A stretch of DNA of 64,000 bases, taken from Parcubacteria group bacterium. Lineage in GTDB: Bacteria > Patescibacteriota > Minisyncoccia > Moranbacterales > UBA2206. Of this stretch, positions 16,639 through 24,472 are shown one piece after another. The position numbers and the translations under genes were made by a program. Position 1 is the first letter of the stretch; every line of letters begins with the position of its first letter. The stretch lies in contig JBAZPT010000002.1 of NCBI GenBank assembly GCA_041645535.1, forward strand, positions 77,605 through 141,604. The letters are read 5' to 3'. The notes under the pieces were generated by a model. That model searched no databases. It worked only from the letters and a program-made list of their open reading frames with translations, and was not told where the DNA came from.

Positions 16639-16857
16639 ACAAGTTCGTTAAAAAACCGATTTCGAACAGCACTAGGGTTTTCAATCGCAATTTCCCCCTA
16701 TTTGCGATTGAAAACTTTCCTGCTGTCCAAGCGTTCTGAATAACATTTCAGAACCGCTCCGATAAAAATCGGAGACCCTAAAACAAAAACAAAAACTTGG
16801 GACCTGCCCGGAGCAGTTATAATTTATAACTATTGCGGGCAGGATCCCAGACTTTTT
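16639..16857 (+). ncRNA. candidate structured small RNA (~220 nt), class unknown
   Basis: Starts about 7 nt after the -10. Successive hairpins are GTTTTCAATCGCAAA/TTTGCGATTGAAAAC, GTTCTGAA/TTCAGAAC and CTCCGAT/ATCGGAG. A long terminal hairpin GGGACCTGCCCG...CGGGCAGGATCCC is followed by a T-run. No credible ORF. Confidence 0.5.
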
Positions 16858-16894
16858 AAAAAAATACAAAAAATAAAAAGTTAGTACTTTCAAA

Positions 16895-17126
16895 TAAAGG
16901 CTTTATGCCAGAGGACAGTCGGAATAAAGCATGTATATAAAATACATGTGCACAAGTAATCAAACTGTGTACTCACCCACACGGAGAGATTCAAATGTCA
17001 CATGTTAATACATGACGAACACCTTGGGGTGTCGTTTAAGTAAGCCATATTATATTATTATACGGCACATCTTCAATCGGCACCCTGGGTTTCATTCTTT
17101 ATTGTGCACCAGGCAGGTGTTTTTTT
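16895..17126 (+). ncRNA. second candidate structured RNA / highly structured spacer, class unknown
   Basis: Hairpins GCTTTAT...ATAAAGC, CATGTAT-ataaa-ATACATG and ACACC-ttg-GGGTGT, plus a terminator-like CACCCTGG...CCAGGCAGGTG followed by T7. No clear promoter was seen. Confidence 0.3.
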
Positions 17127-17173
17127 GTTGGCAAAAATGTTAGAATGGGACGGATAAGACTTATGGGATAAAT

Positions 17174-17560
17174 ATGACGGATCATTTAGAAGCTGGAAAA
17201 ATCGGCGAGCAGGTAGCGGCTAACCTTTTGCAAAGCAACGGCTACCAGATTTTAGAAATGAATTATAAAAACTCCCTAGGCAAACGGCTGGGAGAAATTG
17301 ACATTATTGCCGAAGATAAAGAAGCTGGAGAACTGGTTTTTGTTGAAGTGAAGACGCGAAGATTACAGGGCAATGAAGACACTTTGCCGGAAGAAAACAT
17401 TACCCGCTCAAAACTGCGCAAACTCACACGCATTGCCGGCTCATATCTCAACCGCCGGAACTGGCAGGGGCGAGATTACCGTTTTGACGCTGTTTCCGTG
17501 TGGCTGGATTGGGACGCAAGGAACGCCAAAGTCAAACATTTGAAAAACATCTTTTTATAA
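17174..17560 (+). CDS. yraN: YraN-family (UPF0102) endonuclease-like protein
   Basis: GEQVAANLLQSNGYQILEMNYKN..GEIDIIAEDK..LVFVEVKTR. Confidence 0.85.
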   Translation: MTDHLEAGKIGEQVAANLLQSNGYQILEMNYKNSLGKRLGEIDIIAEDKEAGELVFVEVKTRRLQGNEDTLPEENITRSKLRKLTRIAGSYLNRRNWQGRDYRFDAVSVWLDWDARNAKVKHLKNIFL

Positions 17561-17699
17561 TTGCTAGCAAGCACACAAGCGAAAGCTTGCTTTCATTTGG
17601 TGCGAGCGACGCAATTACATGGATAACACATAGACAGGCAGTTGATATTTTGATAGACTAATCACAGCGATATTAAAGTAACCATTAAATAAAGCAACT

Positions 17700-18062
17700 A
17701 TGGATCAAAAAGTGTTAGCTGAATTAAAAGAAGCCTTGCTCAAGGAAAAATCCGAGCTGGAAGAAAACTTATCCCGCATCGCCAAGCCTGTAGACGATAA
17801 AGGAGACTATAAAACATCTTTTGAAGAAATCGGGAGCGACCGCGAAGACAACACTACCGAAGTTGAACAATATGCGGACACTTTGCCGGTAGAGATAACG
17901 CTGGAGAAGAAATTACAGGCCGTCATTGAAGCTTTGGAAAAAATGGAAAAAGGCACTTATGGAATCTGCGCCGAATGCGGAGAAGAAATTGAAATCGACC
18001 GCCTACGCGCCAATCCTTCCGCCCGGCGCTGTATTAAATGCAAAAATCAAGCCTCCGCGTAG
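17700..18062 (+). CDS. DksA/TraR-family C4 zinc-finger protein
   Basis: Coiled-coil N-terminus plus GTYGICAECGEEIEIDRLRANPSARRCIKCK. Confidence 0.85.
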   Translation: MDQKVLAELKEALLKEKSELEENLSRIAKPVDDKGDYKTSFEEIGSDREDNTTEVEQYADTLPVEITLEKKLQAVIEALEKMEKGTYGICAECGEEIEIDRLRANPSARRCIKCKNQASA

Positions 18063-18074
18063 CTTGCCAAACCG

Positions 18075-18491
18075 ATGCTTGGAAAAAATAAAATTATCCT
18101 TTTCACATTTTTAATCTTAGCTGACCAGTTGAGTAAATATTTAATCCGCCATTCCAGCGGGTTTTATATTTGCAATTTTGGAGTTGCTTTTGGCATAAAG
18201 ATTCCTGATATTATCTTTTGGATTTTTTGGCTGGCAATAATATTTTTTATTCTTTTTGGCTTGTACAAAAAATGCTTCCTTCATTCTACTTTATACATTC
18301 TACTTATATTAGCCGGCGCTGTATCCAATATCATCGATCGTTTGTATTTCGGCTGCATTATTGATTTTATCGATCTCAAAATATGGCCGGTGTTCAATTT
18401 GGCAGATGTCTTTATCACTCTCGGAGTAATCCTTCTTATTTTTTCTTTTTACAAAGAGACCTCCAAATCATCCTTGACAAAAAAGACTTAG
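18075..18491 (+). CDS. lspA: lipoprotein signal peptidase II
   Basis: Four TM helices, with NFGVAFG, NIIDRLYFGCIIDFID and WPVFNLADVFITLGV. Confidence 0.9.
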   Translation: MLGKNKIILFTFLILADQLSKYLIRHSSGFYICNFGVAFGIKIPDIIFWIFWLAIIFFILFGLYKKCFLHSTLYILLILAGAVSNIIDRLYFGCIIDFIDLKIWPVFNLADVFITLGVILLIFSFYKETSKSSLTKKT

Positions 18492-18540
18492 TCCATTATA
18501 ATGGAAATATATCCAAAATAATGGAATTTAATATAAACCT

Positions 18541-19077
18541 ATGAATTGGCTATTTTTTATCACTTCCCAACAAAAAATCCTGGCTTTTTTGGGCGAAAAT
18601 TCCGGAGAAGAATTTCAGGAAAAAGAAATCTCCAAAGAAACAGGCGTAAAAAAATCGGCAGTTAATTTAGCTTTGCGTCCCCTGGTTAAACTTAGCCTGA
18701 TAAACCGCAGAAAAATTGGCCGGAGTTCGCTTTACAGCGCTGATGCCAATAATAATCTGATTCGGGAAATAAAAATCATTTTGAGCATATTGGCGCTTAA
18801 TCCGCTTATGGAAAAATTAAAATCAGAAAGCATGCGGGTCATTCTTTTTGGATCTCTCGCGACAGGCAAAAACAAACGAAACAGCGATATTGATCTTTTT
18901 GTCTTAACAAACAATCCAGGAAGTGTTAGAAAAATTATAAATGAGTCTGCTTTTGCAGAGCGAATACAATTAATCACAAAAACTCCCGCTGAAATGCTAA
19001 AAATTAACAAAAACAAGCCCCTGCTTTTTCAGGAAATTGAAAAAGGCAGAGTGCTTTGGGAAACAAATGAAAACTAA
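18541..19077 (+). CDS. wHTH + nucleotidyltransferase (MNT-type) protein
   Basis: ILFGSLATGKNKRNSDIDLFVL. Overlaps the downstream HEPN gene by 11 nt. Confidence 0.75.
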   Translation: MNWLFFITSQQKILAFLGENSGEEFQEKEISKETGVKKSAVNLALRPLVKLSLINRRKIGRSSLYSADANNNLIREIKIILSILALNPLMEKLKSESMRVILFGSLATGKNKRNSDIDLFVLTNNPGSVRKIINESAFAERIQLITKTPAEMLKINKNKPLLFQEIEKGRVLWETNEN

Positions 19078-19498
19078 AGAATTTGAAAAATGCTTGGAAC
19101 GAGGGAAAATAAAGATTTTTTCCAGAGCCAAACAGCTAGTTTCCAAAGAACTAGACCTAGCTAAACAGGATCTGAAATCTTCAGAAAAAAGTTTTTTAGG
19201 TAAAAATTATCGCTGGGCTACGATTCAGGCATATTATTCAATGTTTCATACCGCCCGGGCTTTAATTTACCAAAGGGGATATCGCGAGAAAAGCCATTTT
19301 TGCCTAGCAGAGGCATTGAAGTCTTTTTATGTTTCGGAAAATATTTTACCCTCCAGATTTTTAGAGGCCTTGCAGCTTGGAAAATCCTTACGTGAAAACG
19401 CTGATTATTATGGCGACTTTGACAAAGCTGGAACGGAAAGCATGCTTGAAAGCGCGAAAGATTTTTTGAGGGAAACAAAAAAAATTCTGAAGAAATAA
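19067..19498 (+). CDS. HEPN domain protein (partner of the upstream MNT)
   Basis: ATG at 19067 (MKTKEFEKCLERGKI); helical protein ending in a HEPN-like LRENADY (R-x4-x-Y/H region). The MNT-HEPN gene order is typical. Confidence 0.65.
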   Translation: MKTKEFEKCLERGKIKIFSRAKQLVSKELDLAKQDLKSSEKSFLGKNYRWATIQAYYSMFHTARALIYQRGYREKSHFCLAEALKSFYVSENILPSRFLEALQLGKSLRENADYYGDFDKAGTESMLESAKDFLRETKKILKK

Positions 19499-19560
19499 AA
19501 AACTATTTTGGCAAAAGAAAAAAGACAGGGTCGGTTGACGCCTGCCATTTATGCTTTTTA

Positions 19561-19821
19561 CTATATATATTCTATAAGAGTGTCTGGTTTATCTTTGTGA
19601 CAGCTATAACCCCCACAACATCCAATCCAAGCACCACCAAGTACATGATAGACAGTAATAAACAAGCTTTTATGGTCTCTTTTCATCCTTTTTAGTATAA
19701 CATCCACTTCTTTGCAGCTCATTTTTCTTTCAACTATCTTTTCTATTGCTTCATGAAACTCTGTACCATAAACATAGCCATCATAACTACGATAAATTGA
19801 TTTAAACCTATGTTCACACAT
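19561..19821 (-). CDS. hypothetical Cys-rich small protein (86 aa)
   Basis: Strong SD AAGGAGGAT upstream; C-terminus WIGCCGGYSCHKDKP. Confidence 0.5.
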   Translation of the reverse strand: MCEHRFKSIYRSYDGYVYGTEFHEAIEKIVERKMSCKEVDVILKRMKRDHKSLFITVYHVLGGAWIGCCGGYSCHKDKPDTLIEYI

Positions 19822-19946
19822 AATTTATCCTCCTTATTTTTAAAGAACAAAGCACTTTTTTGAGGAAATTATTTCCCTTTCAAAATATTCAAAATGTTAA
19901 AATCTTTGAAGGGGAGGCAGGTGTTTTTAATACCTGCCCTTATTGG

Positions 19947-20135
19947 CTAGCGATCGTCACCTTTTTCGGGCAATGTATCACATAAGTGACTCGCGAATTC
20001 CAAGAGTTCTTTCAGGAATTCTTCTTTACTTAGTTCTCCCTTGGCAAACATTGAGAACAGCCGAGGTCCAGCATATTGAAGATTTACTTCACTCATAGCC
20101 ACTTCCGATTCATATTCGGTAAATTCTTTTTTCAT
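19947..20135 (-). CDS. hypothetical protein (62 aa)
   Basis: Strong SD AAAGGAGGG upstream. A hairpin GGCAGGT...ACCTGCC lies downstream at about 19917-19939. Confidence 0.45.
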   Translation of the reverse strand: MKKEFTEYESEVAMSEVNLQYAGPRLFSMFAKGELSKEEFLKELLEFASHLCDTLPEKGDDR

Positions 20136-20305
20136 ACGCCCTCCTTTAGCTCAAGGAACTGTTTTTTATTAAGCCAAGTTTTTAGCTTAACGATAAATTG
20201 TATCAATAATTTCTAAGATAGTCAATAAATAGCCACGATTAGTCAATAACTTAAGATTATTTCCTTATATAAGGTTATTTTAAGCCTTAATTTTGTGGAA
20301 TTTTA

Positions 20306-20334
20306 TTGACACATATTACACTGTGCTATATAAT
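20306..20334 (+). promoter_or_regulatory. sigma70 promoter giving an essentially leaderless mRNA for 20343
   Basis: TTGACA (20306-20311), 17 nt, TATAAT (20329-20334), with the ATG 8 nt after the -10. Confidence 0.6.
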
Positions 20335-20342
20335 AAACACAT

Positions 20343-21110
20343 ATGATTACCCAAGAACAATTAATTAATCTTGGATTCAGCCCGAAAGAAGCGGTTGTTT
20401 ATTTGGCGCTTTTGGAGCTAGGACCGTCAACAGCCACTGAGATAGCCAGAAAAGCTGGAATTAATCGCACAACCAGCTATGATATTTTGGAATCACTGCT
20501 AAGCGATGATCTAGCTAGTCTTACTGGCGAAGCAAAAATACAAAAGTATCGTGCAGAAAGTCCTGAAAAAGTCCTGAAATTTTTGGAAAGCAAAATAGAC
20601 ATTGCTAAAGAAAGATTAAGTGAAGCGCAAATTTTACTGCCACAGCTTTTGTCGGTCTACAATATAAAAGAAAAACCCAAAGTAAAATTTTATGAGGGTA
20701 TTGAAAAAATGAAAGAAGCCTTCGAAGACACACTGACTGCCGATGGAGAAATTTTGGCTTATGCTATTGGCGATATGATCCAGACAATTCCCGCTTATTA
20801 TTTTCAAGATTATTTTAAAAAACGGATTGAAAAAAATATAAAAGTCAGGGTAATTGCTCCAGACACTGCAGATAGTCGCAAAATAGCCGAAAATGACAAG
20901 AAGGAATTGCGAACAACTATTTTAATTCCCGGAGATAAGTTCTATTTTTCCATTGAAACGGATATCTATAATGAAAAAGTCCTGGTTTTATCCTGGAAAG
21001 AAAAATTTGCAGTTATAATTGAAAGTGAAGAAATCGCCAGTGCACAAAGAAAAATTTTTGAGCTTTCCTGGGAAGGCGCTAAAAAAATTCAAACCTGGAA
21101 TTCATTATAA
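20343..21110 (+). CDS. TrmB-family transcriptional regulator
   Basis: GFSPKEAVVYLALLELGPSTATEIARKAGINRTTSYDILESL. The C-terminal domain is paralogous to 8090-8848 (KVKFYEGIEKMKEAFEDTL). Confidence 0.75.
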   Translation: MITQEQLINLGFSPKEAVVYLALLELGPSTATEIARKAGINRTTSYDILESLLSDDLASLTGEAKIQKYRAESPEKVLKFLESKIDIAKERLSEAQILLPQLLSVYNIKEKPKVKFYEGIEKMKEAFEDTLTADGEILAYAIGDMIQTIPAYYFQDYFKKRIEKNIKVRVIAPDTADSRKIAENDKKELRTTILIPGDKFYFSIETDIYNEKVLVLSWKEKFAVIIESEEIASAQRKIFELSWEGAKKIQTWNSL

Positions 21111-21136
21111 AAAATTGATTAAATTAACTAAAATTT

Positions 21137-22675
21137 ATGCCTTCTAAAATATTATCCGCCGTCACTATTGGGCTCAAAAGCGAGCTGATTGAAGTCGAAG
21201 CGGATACATGCAAAGCTAACTTGCACCAATTCAATGTGGTGGGACTGCCGGATGCCGCCGTCAAAGAATCGCGCGACCGCGTGAGCGCGGCTATTCGCAA
21301 CAGTAAATTCAAGCCCCCGCACCAGTGCGGCCGGGTGACTGTCAATCTCGCTCCCGCCGATCTCAAAAAAGAAGGGCCGATTTATGATTTGCCGATGGCT
21401 TTGGGATTTTTGCTTGCCACCGGCCAAATCAGTTTTGATTGGAAAAATAAACTTTTTCTCGGCGAATTGTCGCTGGATGGCAAAGTCCGACCGGTGAAAG
21501 GCGTGCTCCCAATGGCAATTCTTGCCAAAGAAAAGGGAATTAAAGAGATGTATGTGCCGAGCGACAACGCCGCCGAGGCTTCTATAATTGAAGGATTGAC
21601 GGTTATTCCAGTCAGCACTTTGGTTGATTTAATCTTACATTTGCAGAATAAAATAAAAATAGCTCCGGCACCGAAAACGAATCTGGAAGAATTTTTTGCC
21701 GACGAAGAATATCTGGTGGATATGAACTATATTAAAGGCCAGGAACACGCCAAGCGCGCGCTGGAAATTGCCGCCGCCGGAGGGCATAATGTGATTCTTA
21801 ATGGTCCGCCCGGATCGGGAAAAACAATGCTGGCCAAAACCATGGCTTCAATTTTGCCCAAACTCACCATTCCGGAAGCGCTGGAAGTGACCAAAATATT
21901 TTCGGTCGCCGGGCATCTTCCGCGCGGAACCGCGCTTATTGCCAAGCGCCAATTCCGCTCACCGCACCACAGCGCCAGCGCGGTGTCATTGGTCGGCGGC
22001 GGAACATATCCACGGCCGGGCGAAATCAGCCTGTCGCACCGCGGTATTTTGTTTCTCGATGAATTTCCGGAATTTTCGCGCGCGGTTTTGGAAAATCTGC
22101 GCCAGCCATTGGAAGACGGAACTATTACGGTTTCCCGCGCCCAAGGTTCGCTGGAATTTCCGGCACGCTTCACCATGGTCGCCGCTATGAACCCCTGCCC
22201 GTGCGGAAACGCCACCGATCCGGAAAAGGCTTGCGCCTGCTCTCCAGCCAGCATTATAAAATATCAAAGAAAAATTTCCGGACCGATTATGGACCGCATT
22301 GATTTGCATGTGGAAGTCCCGCGCATTAAATTTGAAAAACTATCCGAAGATAACCATTCGGAAAATTCAACGGCTATCCGCGCGCGGGTAGAAAAAGCCC
22401 GGGCGATACAAAAGGAAAGATTCGCCGGTCCGCCGGCTGGCGGAAAAACCATAACCAACAGCGAAATGGGCAGCGAACAGATCAAAAAATTCTGCACGCT
22501 TGACGGGCCTTGCTTGGAGCTTATGAAAAACGCGGTCAATCGCATGCACTTGAGCGCGCGGGCATATTATCGTATTATAAAGGTCGCCCGCACTATCGCC
22601 GATTTGTGCGCCTCGCCGACTATCCAGCCGGCGCATATCGCCGAATCGCTGCAATATCGGTTTAAAACGGAATGA
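21137..22675 (+). CDS. YifB/ComM-family Mg-chelatase-like AAA+ ATPase
   Basis: 512 aa; Lon-like N-domain, Walker A LNGPPGSGKTMLAK, LFLDEFPEF. The TGA stop overlaps the next ATG (ATGA). Confidence 0.9.
   Translation: MPSKILSAVTIGLKSELIEVEADTCKANLHQFNVVGLPDAAVKESRDRVSAAIRNSKFKPPHQCGRVTVNLAPADLKKEGPIYDLPMALGFLLATGQISFDWKNKLFLGELSLDGKVRPVKGVLPMAILAKEKGIKEMYVPSDNAAEASIIEGLTVIPVSTLVDLILHLQNKIKIAPAPKTNLEEFFADEEYLVDMNYIKGQEHAKRALEIAAAGGHNVILNGPPGSGKTMLAKTMASILPKLTIPEALEVTKIFSVAGHLPRGTALIAKRQFRSPHHSASAVSLVGGGTYPRPGEISLSHRGILFLDEFPEFSRAVLENLRQPLEDGTITVSRAQGSLEFPARFTMVAAMNPCPCGNATDPEKACACSPASIIKYQRKISGPIMDRIDLHVEVPRIKFEKLSEDNHSENSTAIRARVEKARAIQKERFAGPPAGGKTITNSEMGSEQIKKFCTLDGPCLELMKNAVNRMHLSARAYYRIIKVARTIADLCASPTIQPAHIAESLQYRFKTE
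22429..22444. repeat. GC-rich palindrome TCCGCCGGCTGGCGGA inside comM/yifB
   Basis: 6-bp arms TCCGCC/GGCGGA, the same motif as 52842-52857 and 9964-9977. Confidence 0.6.
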
Positions 22676-23607
22676 AAAAAATCTTTATTATTCTATTTTT
22701 AATAGCTGCCACTTGGGCAATTTGTTCTTTTGTCGGCCGCCCCGACCGTGAATTGGATTTGAATAATTCTGCTAAAATTATTTCTCTAAATGACAATGGT
22801 TTTTCATATAATGTTCGGACTTCCTCTGCTACAATCGAAGACTTTTTAAAAGAAAATGATATAGTTTTGGGCGAGCATGACCAGATTATTCCGGAAAAAA
22901 ACACTCCGCTTCTGTCCGGAATGAACATTTCCATAAAAAGGGCTCTAAAAATAAAATTGCTAGCTGATGGAAAAAATTCCGAAGTTTATACCCTGGAAAA
23001 TTCCGCTGGTGGCGCTCTTTGGGAAAATAAAATAAGTTTAGGTGAAGATGATATTGTTAAGCCAGACTTGAATTATTCATTGCATAGCGGCGATAAAATA
23101 GAAGTTATCCGGGTGGATATCCGGGAAGAAACAGCCAATGAAAGTATTCCTTACGCGACTAAACGCAATGAGGACGACAACTTGAGCTGGCGAATAAAAA
23201 AAGTTACGCAAAAGGGGATAAATGGAATAAATGAAATTCGCTATAAGGTGGTATCCTATAACGGCAAAGAAATTTCCAGAAAGATTCTTTCTCAAAATGT
23301 CACTAAAGATCCAGTGAATGAAATTGTTACACAAGGAACATATATGAAGCTGGGCAAAGCGAAGACCGGACAGGGAACCTGGTATGCTTTTAAGGGCGGA
23401 CTGTTCGCCGCCAGCACAACGCTTCCGCGCGGATCTTATGCCAAAGTAACCAACACAGAAAATGGCCAATCAGTCATCGTGCAAATCAACGACTACGGCC
23501 CGCAAGGCAAAGGCCGGATCATTGACCTCGACAAAGTCGCCTTCGCCAAAATCGCATCGCTAGGAGCGGGGGTGATTGGGGTGAAGGTAGAACCGATATT
23601 AAATTAA
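22672..23607 (+). CDS. secreted cell-wall protein: DUF348-like + G5 domain + RlpA-like double-psi beta-barrel
   Basis: N-terminal TM, a G5-like KKVTQKGINGINEIRYKVVSYNGKEISRKILSQNVTKDPVNEIVTQGT, and DPBB-like GTWYAFKGGLFAAS...VIVQINDYGPQGKGRIIDLDKVAFAKIA. Confidence 0.75.
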   Translation: MKKIFIILFLIAATWAICSFVGRPDRELDLNNSAKIISLNDNGFSYNVRTSSATIEDFLKENDIVLGEHDQIIPEKNTPLLSGMNISIKRALKIKLLADGKNSEVYTLENSAGGALWENKISLGEDDIVKPDLNYSLHSGDKIEVIRVDIREETANESIPYATKRNEDDNLSWRIKKVTQKGINGINEIRYKVVSYNGKEISRKILSQNVTKDPVNEIVTQGTYMKLGKAKTGQGTWYAFKGGLFAASTTLPRGSYAKVTNTENGQSVIVQINDYGPQGKGRIIDLDKVAFAKIASLGAGVIGVKVEPILN

Positions 23608-23613
23608 AAAAAT

Positions 23614-24444
23614 ATGCCGACAAAACTCGGACAAAATTTCCTAAAGAATAGTGACATAGTCAAAAAAATTGTTGCAGCTGCTGATTTAAAAGCGGATGAT
23701 TTGGTTGTGGAAATCGGACCAGGAAAGGGAATTTTGACAGAAGAATTAGCAAAATATGCCGGAAAAGTTGTGGCCGTAGAATTGGATGAAAAGTTATGTA
23801 AATTGTTACTTAACAAATTCAGTAACAATAAAAATATTGAAATAATTGAAGGAGATATTTTAAAAAGAAACATTTCCGGCTTACTTGGACATTGGATGTC
23901 CAAGTCAAAAAAGACATCCGATGTCTTGCCAACCTACAAAGTTATCGCCAACTTGCCTTATTATATAACCTCTCCAATAATTAGATTATTTTTAGAAAGT
24001 GATTGTCCGCCAACTGAAATGATTTTGATGGTGCAAAAAGAAGTAGCGGAAAGGATAACTGCAAAAGCTGGACAAATGAGCATCCTGGCTGTTTCCGTAC
24101 AATACTATGCCGACGCGGAGATTTTATTTGAAGTTGGAAAAGAAAATTTTGATCCGATACCAAAAGTAAATAGTGCAATCGTAAAGATTGCTCCGCATTC
24201 TTCCTCGCCCTATCAAGGGAGAGGAACTAAAGGAGAGGGTGAGAATACAAAAAACTTTTTTAAAATCGTTCGCGCCGGATTTTCCGCTAAAAGAAAAACG
24301 CTGGTAAATAATTTATCCAGCAGTTTGCATTTGGACAAAAATTTGGTTGAAGAAAAAATAAAATCACTAAAAATAAAAAGCACAGCCAGAGCACAGGAGC
24401 TTTCAGTGGAAGATTGGAAGAAAATGGTTGAAATGTTTCCGTAA
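23614..24444 (+). CDS. rsmA: 16S rRNA (adenine1518/1519-N6)-dimethyltransferase
   Basis: GQNFLKNSDIVKKIV, VVEIGPGKGILTEEL, IANLPYYITSPI. Confidence 0.9.
   Translation: MPTKLGQNFLKNSDIVKKIVAAADLKADDLVVEIGPGKGILTEELAKYAGKVVAVELDEKLCKLLLNKFSNNKNIEIIEGDILKRNISGLLGHWMSKSKKTSDVLPTYKVIANLPYYITSPIIRLFLESDCPPTEMILMVQKEVAERITAKAGQMSILAVSVQYYADAEILFEVGKENFDPIPKVNSAIVKIAPHSSSPYQGRGTKGEGENTKNFFKIVRAGFSAKRKTLVNNLSSSLHLDKNLVEEKIKSLKIKSTARAQELSVEDWKKMVEMFP
23884..23928. repeat. double-hairpin TTGGACAT-family element inside rsmA
   Basis: CTTGGACAT-tgg-ATGTCCAAG (23884-23904) and AAGACAT-ccg-ATGTCTT (23911-23927). Near-identical copies lie at 43481-43531 (opposite orientation) and 45151-45180. Confidence 0.8.
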
Positions 24445-24472
24445 AGATGTCCCGGTGGGGCGTCTCTACAAT

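Noticed and set aside
16226-16893. Minus-strand ORFs 16226-16690 and 16681-16893 in the 16.4-17.2 kb gap.
   Set aside because: The first mostly overlaps the 3' end of the plus-strand gene. Both run across strong plus-strand promoter, hairpin and terminator signals and have implausible composition. I prefer a non-coding interpretation.
16639-17126. Attempt to assign the structured RNA region to tmRNA, RNase P RNA, SRP (4.5S) RNA or 6S RNA.
   Set aside because: There is no tRNA-like 3' end with a GGTTCGA T-arm, no GAGGAAAGTCC-type RNase P core and no GGAA-tetraloop/AGCA SRP domain IV. GGACAGTCGGAATAAAGCA only superficially resembles the SRP domain, and the closing pairs do not form. The multi-hairpin layout is unlike the single 6S rod. 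An Rfam scan is needed.
22673-22675. Alternative genetic code (UGA recoded, as in Gracilibacteria/Absconditabacteria).
   Set aside because: TGA ends conserved genes at their expected lengths, for example comM/yifB at 22673-22675 and ORF 9298-9549. No conserved protein shows in-frame TGA. Code 11 fits.
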